Shown here: piece by piece, positions 11,444 through 24,491 of the stretch
Position numbering within the stretch: position 1 is the first letter of the stretch
How the letters are laid out: the number at the start of each line of letters is the position of its first letter
Origin: Chiloscyllium plagiosum
Taxonomy: Eukaryota
DNA: 64,000 nt
Reading direction: 5' to 3'
NCBI RefSeq assembly: GCF_004010195.1
Contig: NC_057719.1
Coordinates: 51,258,518-51,322,517, forward strand
Translations under genes and position numbers: made by a program
The notes under the pieces: model-generated
Databases searched by the model: none
Told to the model about the DNA's origin: nothing
What the model saw: the letters and a program-made list of their open reading frames with translations, nothing else

Positions 11444-13462
11444 TCTGTGAGTTATGGAGGTGGCTCAGTGAGGTTTGCTTGAATTAGCCTGACGTTAAGC
11501 CAGCTGCATCAGACAGAACCAGATCAGGACCTGAAGATGTTAAAGGGTTTAGAGTTATGCCAGTAGCCTTAAAAAATGGCAAGAAAGCATGGGAGGTGGG
11601 GGGGTGAGGGAAGATGACAGAACAGAGGCTAGAGATCTGGTTAATGGATACATTATGGTAAATTTAAAGGAGGCTCAGAGGAGGTTTCAGATACACCAGA
11701 AGAAAGTGAAGGTTAAGTCTCACATTGTGGAAGAGCTACAAGGCTGTATATCAGAGATGGAATATCCACATAATGACAGTATTTTTCTGGGAAAGTGGAA
11801 TGGGTTCATAGCAAAACCCTGTTCATGAAACAAAAGGAAAAGGAGCACACCCACAGCAGATAGCAATGGTGGAGACTGCTCGGAGTGTACCAGTGAAATC
11901 AAAGGAACGAAACCAAGCTTCAAACCTCAACCAATCCAATCGGGTTGCTGTGAAATTCAATGAGAATAAAGTGCAGGATGCAAGTCCAGATTGCAACAGG
12001 TGGTAAACATCAAATTACCACCCACTGGCCTTCTGGAAATCAAACTTGTAAGAATGGAACAGGGCAGTGAGAGGGTTAAGTCTGTTGCATGCAGCACAAC
12101 TAAGTGAACAAGTCAAATAGGCACTCCCAGAGCCTATTTGTAACTCAAGGTTAAGACAGAGAAAGTAAATGCAATAGATGTATGTGCTGTGGCACCATTT
12201 TTGTCTTTTGTTTCATTTTGACCTTGTAACAAACGCTTGATGGAAATAAAAGGGAGATATGTGATTTGTGTTGCTCGTTCCCTGGAATGGAAGTATTGTG
12301 ATGATGTAAAATATGGATTATTGAATTTCACACTGTTGTCTGATTTTAATACTTGGGTCTTTATTGCCTGAAGTGGTTTTAAAAGTAAACCAGAAAACAC
12401 TGACTTAAAATGGGCTCAGGCATCACTTGACTACATAAGTAGTCAAGTGTAAAACTTTCAACATGGATTAAATTAGACAACTGAGCTGAAATTAACTTTT
12501 AATCCAAAGGCAACAAAACCAGCCAGCAAGCCCTTAGGGGTGGCATGAAAAGGCTCTCATCTCCTTTTACAGTTTACAAAAATGTTCACATGTTGGAGAT
12601 GGAACCTTGCCTATAATTAACAAGCCTAAAAACATAACTTCAACAGACAGAATACACAACCAAACATGTATTTCAGGAGGTTTCTTTGGCAATAAGAGAG
12701 GATGCAATACTGTACACAGGCAGGGAATTCTCTCTCTCTTTAAAAGAAACAGTACTGAGTGATAGCATGGATTTGGAACGCTGAGAACTGCAATATTCAC
12801 TGCCGCGAATCGTCTAAGATAATAACACAACAACATGGTCTCAGGTTAAAACCTGACACCACAAGGATACCTAAAAGATTCTAAAATATATATTCATTTA
12901 TCTTCCTTTTAGTACTGAACACTGTCCCACTTTAACTTTGTATGCCTGAGTATGTATGTGACTGCCTGAAAACAGTATACTTGACACCATACCTTTATTA
13001 TATTTTCCTGAGGGTTAGAGGGTAATAAAATTATTCCTGCTTTCACTCAAGTAAACCCTGTAATTGGCTCCTGACTGCTGCAGTAGAAATTAATTTGCAA
13101 CATTTTAATTGGCGAATGGCCTGTGCTAAAAGAGCATAAATTTTTTTATTGTGGCAAAATAGGATGATTAAAAAGAGGGAAGCCAATTCATCCCTCTTCA
13201 CTTTGTTGTAACAAGAACAACACAGCTCAGCCCAATGGTGTTCTCACTTCACAAACGTATGAATTCATTTTCCAGCCAAGTCATTATTGTGCCAAGAAAG
13301 AGAATCCTAGCTGAGTGTTTCCTTCAGTAGCCCAAGGAAACTAATGTTGTATATTTTCAGGTCATTTTTTTCTGTGGATATGAGAGTACAAACCCTTTGG
13401 TCCAATTATTCCACCAAGTGCAATACTCCCTCGATGCATTTCTAATAAGCCTGAATTCGTTT

Positions 13463-13741
13463 CATGAGGGGTAGGCCACTTAGAACAGAGTTGAGGAGAA
13501 GCTTCTTCACCCAGAGAGTGGTGGGTGTATGGAATGCTCTGCCCCAGAAGGCTGTGGAGGCCAAGTCTCTGGATACTTTCAAGAAAGAGTTGGATAGAGC
13601 TCTTAAGGATAGTGGAATCAACGGTTATGGGGATAAGGCAGGAACAGGATACTGATTGAGGATGATCAGCCATGATCATAATGAATGGTGGTGCTGGCTC
13701 AAAGGGCAGAATGGCCTACTCCTGCACCTATTGTCTATTGA
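13463..13741 (+). mobile_element. Young CR1 LINE 3' end
   Basis: RGRPLRTELRRSFFTQRVVGVWNALPQKAVEAKSLDTFKKELDRALKDSGINGYG* followed by a 3' UTR with cctattgtctattg tail. Confidence 0.92.
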
Positions 13742-15399
13742 CAAGAATCTGTACAGTTCCTTCTTGGAACCTACTATTTTCTCTTGCTCCATTAACCCTT
13801 AAGGGAATTTGTTCCATGCATTTTTGACTCTTTTTGTCAAAAACTTCAATATTTTCTCATAAATGTCTGCTCAAGAAGGAGAAGAAAGGTCAGTGCACAC
13901 CATAACCTGAAATTGCCAAGGCACAAGTCTGAACATTCACAAAATCTATTACTGGCCTTTGTATCTCTTTTGCAAGGGTCTATGTTGCAAATTGAATTTT
14001 CAATTTACTCCATAACCAACTTCATAGTTTGACATTTAGGGACAATCACAACATTCTCTTTGCCTAATTTATGAAATACAAGCCACCATAAACAACCGTT
14101 CCAAATTAACATTATTTAACAAAGCATCTGATAATCCAAACAAAATTCAACTAATTTTGCATTCTAGTATGTGCTGTCTTGTGGTGCTTTTGCTTGTCTC
14201 TGCACTCAAGGTGGTGTGACACCAATGGCTTCTAATGCTGATGGAAAGCTGCTGACTTTCAGTGGAGGAGACTGAATATGGCCTTGCACAAGGATCCTGA
14301 ATAGCATTAGGCCTTGAATTGCATTAATGCCACTTATGTAGGCTGGACAGTTGACATGCAAAAGCAAGGGCACTGGCAGAGTGGTGGGCCTGGGAACACA
14401 GATGTTACACTTCTGATAAAGGACAATAGGTCTGAGCTCCCCAGGGCTACTGTCATTTCCATAGGTCAACGCCTCAGAAATCGGAGTAACCTGCCAGAGA
14501 ATAGATTACTGCGCTGTTTTGAGAACTTAAACATCCCTTTGAACATTGAATTTCCAAGGGGACAATTTGAGATTTCATGATCTTAGTTTAAGGTTTCACA
14601 GTATTGCTCAGCTTTCTGGCTGTGCTGCATTGGAAGTTGACACATTGACCACCAGACATCATGGTCAACATTATAAGTGTTCCCTAGGAGATATACACCA
14701 CTTCCATGCTAGACAAGATGATTGCTAAGCTCTGTGTCTTGAGTTGGAGCTGAACTCCACTATGGTCTTTGACAGTGACAGTGAGCTATTTGCCAATGCA
14801 CCTTGTGTTTCTGTGTTCGCACCTGTTGGCTGTTTACTGTGTTGTGACGCATGTCACAATGTTAATATCCTTGGCTGAGTCCTCTGTATGACCTCATCCA
14901 ATGAAGCTTGTCTGCATGCAACCCTTTCCTTCTGTTTTGGCAGCAGTCGCGTCTGCCCAGTAACTCTCACTATCTCACCTTGAAGTTATGTATAGTGCCA
15001 GAATCTGAGCTTGGGGCTGTCTGTGTCAGATCATGTGATGATGTTTTTACCTCGTCATTCCCTCCTTCATCTAGGCCTTCAGATTCCCATCCCACATACT
15101 GGGCCTTGGTACCTTAAATCAAAGGGAGACAAGGTGAGGGAAGTGGGGACAGCAAGAGGTGCATATCTGTAGATAAGAGATGGTGTGATGTGAATGAAGT
15201 AGGATTACGCAGTGTGTCAGTAAGAGTAGTGCAATGTGTTTTTGCAGAGATGCCTGTTATGTTTGAACTGGTAGCATGTACAATGTGCTAAGATGTGGGA
15301 TTGAGACTTGTAGCAATGCTAAGTGTGTGAGGATGATGTGAGGCTATGATAGGTAGTATAAGTCATGGTTGATCATGAATATTTATAAGAAGTTCATTT

Positions 15400-15640
15400 G
15401 TAATGATATGGCATTTGAAAGTCCAGTCATCAACCTCGATTCCTCATATGAGGCTTATTTTGGCACTGCATCTAGATCATCGGGAATAGACTGTTGCATT
15501 AACCACAATAGTAATCCGATCGTATTGTGTTCTCAGTATCTGTGTGGAGAGACCTCCTTCTGTACTTTTGCACCAAAACCTCCAGAATATCATTTGGGTA
15601 ATTTACCCTCTCTCAGGACCATTCTGCCATTTTTGTAGTA
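15400..15640 (-). pseudogene. Probable Harbinger Myb/SANT-like ORF relic (heavily decayed)
   Basis: The minus strand reads MAE...DILEVLVQKYRRR and IVVNA...QCQNK-like pieces, resembling the Myb/SANT domain seen more clearly at 52530-52850. Confidence 0.35.
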
Positions 15641-16000
15641 TCCTCTTGGGCTTCAAATCTTATTCAGTTTCCACCCTGCTGGAGCCAGCATGCATTTAGT
15701 TAAGAGACACAGACTAGCTTTGAGAATATAGTGCAGTTTAAAGTAACACTAAACCAATACCACCCAACAGTGCATTAATAGCAGGGCTTCACTTCACAGT
15801 CATTATAATTAGCAGGTAGAACAAAGTCTGTGGCTCTCTGTATCAATTTGAATATGTGCATGTTAATTTTGTGGGCCGTCTCCTCATCACCACCCCCCCA
15901 CTTCATTTTGTTAGACTTCCTAATTTGTCATTCTCTGTGACTTCAATTGTGTCTCTTCAAAGAATGTCCTGCTTTGACTGTTCAGAGGAATACCAAGATG

Positions 16001-16500
16001 NNNNNNNNNNNNNNNNNNNNNNNNNNNNNNNNNNNNNNNNNNNNNNNNNNNNNNNNNNNNNNNNNNNNNNNNNNNNNNNNNNNNNNNNNNNNNNNNNNNN
16101 NNNNNNNNNNNNNNNNNNNNNNNNNNNNNNNNNNNNNNNNNNNNNNNNNNNNNNNNNNNNNNNNNNNNNNNNNNNNNNNNNNNNNNNNNNNNNNNNNNNN
16201 NNNNNNNNNNNNNNNNNNNNNNNNNNNNNNNNNNNNNNNNNNNNNNNNNNNNNNNNNNNNNNNNNNNNNNNNNNNNNNNNNNNNNNNNNNNNNNNNNNNN
16301 NNNNNNNNNNNNNNNNNNNNNNNNNNNNNNNNNNNNNNNNNNNNNNNNNNNNNNNNNNNNNNNNNNNNNNNNNNNNNNNNNNNNNNNNNNNNNNNNNNNN
16401 NNNNNNNNNNNNNNNNNNNNNNNNNNNNNNNNNNNNNNNNNNNNNNNNNNNNNNNNNNNNNNNNNNNNNNNNNNNNNNNNNNNNNNNNNNNNNNNNNNNN
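16001..16500. other. Scaffolding gap of exactly 500 N
   Basis: The round length suggests an unsized join, so continuity across it is not assured. Confidence 0.9.
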
Positions 16501-17429
16501 AAGTGTTTCCTCTCTTCGCCCTCTTTCAATATTCATTCTCTAAACCAGACTTCAAACTCACCAACATACCTTGTTGTGTTCATTTTGAATTTGAGAAACC
16601 TTTCCTGTAGTTTTCACAGAGCTCATAAAATACTTCCAACACAAAAGTGCAAAGTATCTGTTTCAATATGATTAATGAAACATGAAACATGATTAATGAA
16701 TTGTCCATTAGTTTTGCACCTTGGAGGATTATCTTTCCATCAGCATTTCACTTATCAGTAGACATGATAAACTTACTCACACAAGTTGGAACATAATTAA
16801 CAAAGCCCACTCCAAAATTGCCAAAGCATCCATAATCATTTCTACAATAATTATGCTAGGTTCCCTTCTCTCAAATAACTACTTAACTGTTTTAAGTGAT
16901 TAATTAATAGGAAAGCCTATCAATATTTCAATGGTACACAATGCACAATTGAAGTTTGATTCCACAATCAGTGGATGACACTCACACGATGAACATGTGA
17001 CCAGTAAGATTTCCCAAATTGAGTGATCTTGACAATGCCAGTTGTCAAACCAAAGTTAATTTGAATATGATATTGTTTTCATGGAGAGATGCGCTGTTGA
17101 AAATTGACTTTATAAGATTGTTAGGACAGAGAGACACTGAAGGAAATGGTGGTGTCGCACATGACCTCAGGTAGCAGTAGCTATGTCCGCTTGAAAAATG
17201 GCTCTGAGTTTGAAAACAACATGGAAGAAAAATATTAAACTGTGATGTGACAAGAACATCATGTGGTGATTGGTTGGTGCATGTTAACATTGTATTTTCT
17301 TTTCTCCTAAGTCTAAATCAATAGAAGGGAGCAGCTCGCGAATCTTCTGACATTTAGTGATGTTTTTCAGTACTCTATATTATGTTAATAGAAGTATTTT
17401 AATGTAGAAAGGTTTATGATTTCACAGTT

Positions 17430-18110
17430 AGAGAAATGGGAAGGCTGCTCTGACCTGTACACTTCACACCTTGTGCTATGTGGGAACTCTGGGATCTTTC
17501 CTGTATTCTAGATAACCATATGGGCAGCAAGTGTTGTCAGTGATACCATCTCACACTCCAGATTTGGAGCTTCAGCAGTAGGCATCATTGCAGTGCATTC
17601 ATAAGGTTGAGATTTTATGATTAGCAAGTTTATAGTCTTGGGCACATTGCAGAATAAGAGTATGGAGGAGGAGGGGAATGAGTGACTATGTATTGTCCAG
17701 AAGAATCATACAGATAGGTCAGAAGTCTCCTGAGGCCATCCCATTTTCCAACTAGTATTCATTCAGATGAGAATGCTGTTTCATATGGGCAGTGTAGCCA
17801 AAGCCAAATGCATAGTACCAAGATTCCTCAGCTCCACATTAGGGCGTAAAGAAATCTGGAAGAACAATAGTTATAGGAGATTCAAGAGTTGGGGGAATAG
17901 ACAAGCATTCTTGTTGCTGCAGATGTGAATCCATGATGCAATGTTGCCTCCTTAGTGCCAGGGCCAAGGATGTCACTGAGTAGTTGCAAAGCATTTTGAA
18001 GAGTTATGGGCAATAGCTAGTAATGGTGTCCATGATTGGTAACAACAACAACTTGGGGAAAAAAAGTTTGCAGTCCTGCATTCAGAATTTAGGGAGTACA
18101 TTGGAAATTA
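17430..18110 (+). mobile_element. CR1 LINE ORF1 relic (Cys-rich N-terminus plus SGNH esterase-like domain)
   Basis: CAMWEL...SKC N-terminal motif and IVIGDSRVGGIDKHSCCCRCESMMQCCLLSARAKDVTE, a GDS esterase-like block typical of CR1 ORF1. Confidence 0.75.
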
Positions 18111-18959
18111 ATAAGCACCTGGGCTCCATATTTCTTAATTCACTTGGCTACCAAAACTTTAACAATCTATTAATTGAGCTGGTGTCTAGTGCTTTGAATG
18201 AGATAGAGTCCAGAATCCTAAGTATATATGTCCCAAACAATTTGGGTACAGTTATGGAGGAAGCCTAAAGTCAGGAGGGCCATTATAACTCAGTACTGAG
18301 TTCTATCAGGGACTAATTTCAATACTGCAAGGGTTTTAACTATTCATATGGGAATTTTGAATTTTTACAGCATATGTAAATGCACTCTAAAGTTGGACAA
18401 GTTTTGGAGAATTTTCAGGCTGTATAGTTACTTAAGTCTTTAGCATTTTTACAAAATAAAACAAAACAGCCATTGAGATAAAATTATTGCTGTTCCCCCC
18501 GTTACAATTGCTGTTGCTTGGCAATGAGCTAATGGATCTTTATGAATGCTTGGATGCTTTCTGCAATCTCAGAAGGTGGTATTCTAAACTCACAGCTTAT
18601 TAATTGACAGCTTATTAAATGCTTTCATTGATATGGGTTTGTGAATAGGAATTTGATTTTATAAGATACTGAGCACTTGAGGAGATGAAAAAGTTTTGTA
18701 TGGACTTTCATGAGTCGGAGATTTTTCATGATGGAGCTGGTATACAGCAATGGATTGGAGGGATGACTGGGCTGCATGGGTTGGCCTGGAGGATAGAAGA
18801 GGGTGATTGAAGGGTGTGGTTTGGCTTGGATGGGACATGGAGACTGAGGGTGTGCAAGGGCCAGTGGTCCTAAAACATAAGTGAACAACTGGGATAAAGT
18901 CCTATGTAAAATGATTGGTCAGAACACAAAGAATGCCAATGAATAACTAAAAGTTACTC

Positions 18960-20935
18960 TGGAGGAAGAAATTACAGCATTACTAGAAACGAGCTAGAAA
19001 TGTAAACTTGAATAATAAGAATTTCTGAAGGTACGAAAAACAAAAAAGTAAAGTGAACGTGGCCTACAGTGAGTGAGACTCCAGTTAATGCCAGATAATA
19101 AGGAAATAGTAGATGAAAATAACAAATATTTTCTGCTGTTTTCAATATAAAAGATATAAAAAGTGAGTTTTGAGAAGGTTGAGGTTCTGGATTTAGGTTT
19201 GCTCGCTGAGCTAGAAGGTTCATTTTCAGACATTTTGTCACCCTACTAGGTAACATCTTCTGTGAGCCTGAAGCTTCATCTGGAAGCTCAAAGAAGATGC
19301 TACCTAGTAGGGTGACAAAACATAAAAAGTACTCCAGTAATATCTGTTGTAAATTAGCAGGTGGAAGGGAGAGAGTAACAGAGCAACATTACAGTCTCTA
19401 GAGAAGTAATGTTGAGTAAATTGCTTGAACTGCAGTGTGTCAAATCTCCAGGACCAGAAAGACTTCATCCTAAGGTGTCAAATGAAGTGGCTAATGAGGT
19501 AGGAGATGCATTCTCTAGAATCAGGAAAAGTTCCATCAGACAGGAAACTAGCAAATATAACTCTTCTGTTCAAAATGGGAGGGAGACAAAAAATACAAAA
19601 CCAAGGGCCAGTTAACTTGACATCTGTCATGGGGAAGGTATTACATTCAACCACTAAAAAGGTTATAGCTGGGCAGTTAGAAAAAAATCAAAGTAATTGA
19701 GAGGAATCAATGTGGCTTTGTGAAATGGAAATCATGCTTTACAAACTTATTAGTGTTGTTTGAATGAATGACATGTGTTGTAGATAAATGGGAGCCTGTG
19801 GATCTTCTGTGTTCAGACTTCCAGAAGGCATTTGTTACAACGGAAAATAAAAGCTCATGGTTTGGGGAAACATATTAGTGTGAGTCGAAAATTGGCTTGC
19901 TGGCAGAAGTCAGTGTATGCATAAATAGATCTTTGTCTGATTGGCAGGATTTGATGAGTGGAGTCTCGCAAAGTTCTGTATTTAGGCCTCAACTTTTTTA
20001 CCATTTACATCAGTAACTTAGAGGCGGAGAGTGAAGGTATAGCACCTAAGTTTATTGGTGACACAAAGATAGGTCGGAAAGTATGTTGTGAAGGAGACAT
20101 AAGGGATTTGCAGGTGGAATACACAGGTTCAGTGAGTGACCAAAAAAAAATCTGGCAGCTGGAGTATACTGTGTTAAAACATGAAATGGTCCACTTTGAA
20201 AGGAAGAATAAAAATGACATTAAACAGAGAACAACTGTGGAAGTCTGAAGTGCAGAAGGATTGAGGTGTTTTAATGCAGGGTCACAATATATTACTACGT
20301 AGGTATAATACATAATGTGGAAGCCTAATGGGATGCTATTCTTTAAACAAGAGGAATTGAACACAAAAGTAAGGTTGTTATGCTTCAATTGTACAGGGCA
20401 TTGCTGAGACCACTTTTCAAATATTGTGTGCTGGTAAGTGGAGGTGGTTCAGAGAAAGTTTACGAGATTGATACCTGAAATAAGGTTATGAGGATAGGTT
20501 GCAGAGGCTGGGACTGTTTCTATTGCACTTTAGAAGAGTGAGGCATGACTTGTTTGAAGTGTAAATGTCTTGAATAGTTTTGATAGTTGCTTGTGGATAA
20601 GCATATTTCCAGTTTTGGCTGAATCCAGAACAGAAGACATTGTTTAAAATTAGGTGTTCCCCATTTAGGACAGAATAGAGGAGACATTTTCTTTCTCAGG
20701 AGTTGTGCAACTTTGAAACTCCTTGTCTCAGAAAGTGGTGGAAGTGAAGTAATTAAATATTTTTAAGGCAGAGGTAGATAGATTCTTGTTATGTGAAAAG
20801 AAGTAAAGTTGATCAGAGGTAGATGGGAATGTAGAATTCTGAATCCAAACAGATCAGCCATAATCTTATTAAATGATGGAGCAAGATTGAGAGGCTGAAT
20901 AGCCAATTCTGCTTCTATTTCAAATGTTATGAATG
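18960..20935 (+). mobile_element. CR1 LINE ORF2 relic (RT region to 3' UTR)
   Basis: KSPGPERLHPKV, ANITLLFKMGGRQKIQNQGPVNLTSVMGK, DFQKAF and KFIGDTKIG motifs, then a 3' UTR. Confidence 0.85.
19165..19321. mobile_element. Fold-back 3'-end insertion of a second PLE family, with two inverted decayed hammerhead motifs; 9-bp TSD
   Basis: 35-bp arms 19233-19267 and 19286-19320 with 2 mismatches. The minus strand reads CAGAAGA-T-GTTACC-TAGTAG-GGTGAC-AAAA-TGTC. Flanks are ataaaaagt (19156-19164 and 19322-19330). Confidence 0.75.
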
Positions 20936-21422
20936 ACATTCATTCAGATATGATAGACATATGCTTGACATCAAACCAATTTAATAGATGACAAATGTGT
21001 TTTTTTAAATCGGATATAATTTGAATGTATTTTTATACTAAAGTTAAATTAAAATCAGGAAACTCTCCTGCACACATTGAACAAACACTGACCCATCTAA
21101 CGAACTTGAGCTATAGCTTTCCCAATCAATATCAGTATATTATAAGTTCATAAATATACTATTCCTGATGTCCATGAGTGATTATTAAATGAGTTGAAGC
21201 ATTAATATAATTTTAAAGAAAAAATATACATTATGAGTACAGCATAACTATTGTGTCTCAATTTTTTTCTCTGATTTCAACTCATTATTAAATTTGGATT
21301 ATTTTGTTTAATTGTACAGATCTCAGAAACACAGTGTACTTCTAAGACACTATCACAACATGTGATATTCTAGTATAAAGATCCTTGCCTTATCTTCAGT
21401 ATTCACAGTGCAATGGAGTTAA

Positions 21423-21677
21423 TGTAACGGGCAGTTAGTCAGGCAGACATGCGTAGACATTATGTTACAAACATGTAAAGTAGCTGAAACATCAGTAAGT
21501 AGTATGGTCAGAGTCCAGACCATACGCAAGTCTGAGATATTGTGACATAATGTAAGCAGTTAGTCTTGTTAATAAACATCAAGACATTTGTCTCAACAAT
21601 ATGTGAGTCTTCACAGTGTATATTAAATGGGCTAACAAATAGGAAAGCATTCAAACCATGACACACTGGCAGTGGTG
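21423..21677 (+). mobile_element. Gypsy-type LTR plus tRNA-Leu primer-binding site; decayed internal region probably follows
   Basis: TGTAAC start, AATAAA at 21571, ACA end near 21665, then TGGCAGTGGTG (21667-21677), one change from the complement of the tRNA-Leu(AAG/TAG) 3' end. Confidence 0.55.
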
Positions 21678-23277
21678 TTTGACCCAAGAAACCACATCAA
21701 AGTTTTCTAATAGTTGTGGCAGAAGTTTGAGTTAAATTTGATGATGCCAGAATGAGCATCAAAATGTTTGTATTTTCAGATTCAAATTCCAGATAGTACT
21801 CAATAGGAATCTTTCAGCCTGATCTGAGTTGAACAGTGAATTATTACAGGAACACTAGATATAACGGAGCTATGCTGTGTGAATGACGTATTCATAGCTA
21901 TCTCTGTCTTTCTTCCAAGTTCCTGAGGCAACCTATTCTTTTAAAAATGGGATTTAGTAATTTCACAAAATCTTTAGAGGAGATGATCTCAATGTCTACC
22001 CTAAAAAAGTAATGTTCAGTTTTAATCTTTGTACTTCTCCTTTATCCTTTTCTTTCATCTCAGATCATTTATTTGAGAACTTGATTAATTTCAGCCATGC
22101 ACACAATATCCTTGCTATAATCCTGCAATAAATCATTCCAGATCAAGGTACTCACAGATGGATAAAATTATGCAAGATAATGTGACAGGAACTAAAAGTC
22201 ATATGAACAGTAATAGCTAAAGTGATCCTGAACTGAGAGGAAATCATAAATACAATTTCTTTTTGTGACCAGCCACCATTGAAGTGAAAATAACCTGTAG
22301 TTTATAACACATAAAAAGCAAACTAACACAGTAACTCTTGCTGCCAGAGTTACATATGTGAAAGAAGAAAAAAAAACATTCCGTTAGATACATCACCAGA
22401 ATAGCCTATAAAATTAATAGTGTCTTTTTCCCTTTTAACTTCCAGCAAGTTAACCGCAATCTAGCAAACTGTAGTCATGATATTGGTCTATAAAATTTCA
22501 GATAGACTGTGAAGTTACCACAGTCAATGTGATTGAAAAGATTGAGGGAACTGCCATGTGAAAGTAAGAAACCTTTATATTCAGTATGTAAACAGATTAT
22601 TCAAGCTATGATAAACAAGGAATCATATGACTCTTTGTAAAAAGTCCAAGTGAAACAGTATGGAAATATAAGCACCATTAATAGAGACCATAGCTGGTGT
22701 GCCATTCCCACTAGTGAAACTGAAAGTGATAGTTGTTGCTGTTTTCACTCAATCTTCAATAAGATAGGCACATGCAATCGTGTGGCAGGTGACTTAAAGC
22801 CTGCTAACAACTGTTAATGCAGCAAGTAAGAGCAGGTAATAAGAGAACCTCTTTGGCAAACAGAGATTATCTGTGTCATGGCCACAACCCACTTGCCAAT
22901 TGCATTGCCTCAGTAATTTCATTATTTTCTGAGTTCATTGACTTGTAGCTATTACCTCCAAAACTGTTCCCCATCATTCTTGTCCATTTTTTTATTTACT
23001 GTCATTCATCCAACACATTGAAGAAGCCAGATCTATTCCCTCTTCACTCCTCCATACCAATAACCCCATTCCACACACATGCCACTCCCACCCACCTCAT
23101 CACCTGTTGAATACCCTTCCTGGTCTCAAGCCTCTATGCAAACTGTTAGTCTCCTGCCTCCGGCCCTTGTGACAGGGAAAATTGCTGAACTTAGACTTAG
23201 CTGTACAAGACCAACTGGTGTGTGGTACTTTTAAACAAATGTGAACTGGGAAGCCATGAGGTTACTGTGCAGGGCCA

Positions 23278-23492
23278 CAAGAAAGTGAGGATTGCAGATG
23301 CTGGAGAGTCAGAGTCGAAAAGGTTGGTGCTGGAAAAGCACAGCAGATCGGCAGTATCTGAGGAGCAGGAGAGTTGATGTTTCAGGCATAGGGTCCTTTA
23401 TAAGGAATGAGTCAACCCAAAGCATCGACTTCTCCTGCTGCTCAGATGCTGCCTGACCTGATGTGCTTTTCAAGTGCCACCCTTTTTGACTC
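23278..23492. mobile_element. Fold-back PLE 3'-end insertion (older), degenerate 13-bp TSD
   Basis: Inverted arms 23312-~23380 and ~23420-23492; flanks ctgtgcagggcca (23265-23277) and ctatgcagggcta (23493-23505). Confidence 0.8.
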
Positions 23493-24392
23493 CTATGCAG
23501 GGCTAACTTACTCTTGAGGAAAGCACTTAATTTCAAGAAAGCTTTGCTACACTGAGCATTCATGGTATGCAAACATATTCCAACTGGGAACCCACACCTG
23601 GGTGTGAGACCTGACCCACCCCTATTGTGCTGCCATCTTAGATTTTCATGTATGGGGTATTATTTGGGGAGTGGGGTGTGGAATTATTCCTACAATTGTA
23701 ATCCTGCTTGCACCATCAGGCTATCAGCACTGTGTGCTGGAGGGTTGTCTGAGGAACCCGCTGATCAAGGTGAAAACCAAGTTGAGTGAACTCCGGGGTA
23801 GACCCACTGAAGGGTTCATCTTGACTGCCACTTTGTTTCATGATTCCCAATGATCATTTCCATTTGACAGCAAGGGCTCTGAGTTTCATTGCCAACATAT
23901 AAACACATAGAGATGAGCCTCTCTGGCTCCCTGATTTCTGTGTTTCTTTGAGACTTCCAACATCAGCCATATTTTGGTTTCAAGTCAGAAAGGGAGGTTC
24001 TAGAGAAGTGAGGATGTGTGTTGTCAGATTAAATGTTGAAGTTGAACCTGCAGCTTATGAGCAATATTGCTGAGAGGATTTTGGCAGATGCAGAAAAGGA
24101 TAGCACCAGGGATAGATTTTTGAAGAGTTCCTGAAGTAATTCTGGAGATGGGAGGAAAACAACAGTTATAATGATATAGTTGTTATGCATTTACCAAAGA
24201 TTTGATAAATTTAATTTGACCATACCTGTGTAGTTTGAATTGGGAGCATTGCAACAACAACATGCATTTACAAAGTATCCTCTCGGTAAATGTAGCGCAC
24301 AAATATAAAGTAGTTAAGTGATGGATCCCAAGGGAATAAAACAAAAAGAGACAGAATGTGTATGGCTCTGAGAACAAGAACAAAATCTCAAA

Positions 24393-24491
24393 AAAGAACA
24401 AAGAATGGTGGATGCTGGGAATCAGAAACAAAAACAGAAATTGCTGGAAAAACTCAGCAGGTCTGGCAGCATCTGCGGAGAGAAAACAAGC
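24393..24491 (-). mobile_element. Short 3'-end insertion of a third PLE-type family; 13-bp TSD
   Basis: ggatgctgggaatcagaaacaaaaacagaaattgctggaaaaactcagcaggtctggcagcatc is related to the other PLE 3' ends. Flanked by the exact repeat acaaaatctcaaa (24380-24392 and 24492-24504). Confidence 0.72.

Larger units (their letters stand above)
7982..13212 (+). mobile_element. Decayed Gypsy (Gmr1-like) LTR retrotransposon with SCAN-type gag relic and 3' LTR; carries nested CR1, PLE and SINE insertions
   Basis: 8330-8600 translates LIPTFDEEEVDTIFISSEWLAKQVK*PVQQWILLWQIRLTGKARKDY...YETMKGFILSVRQLVPEVNWQK, then IILLEAFKDSLPFPIFIHV. After the CR1 insert it resumes VEEQRVTGLKQVAILAVYSELIH. 7982-8040 resembles 13100-13155 (LTR remnant). 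The putative 3' LTR runs about 12260/12296-13212 and ends in gtaACA. Confidence 0.7.
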
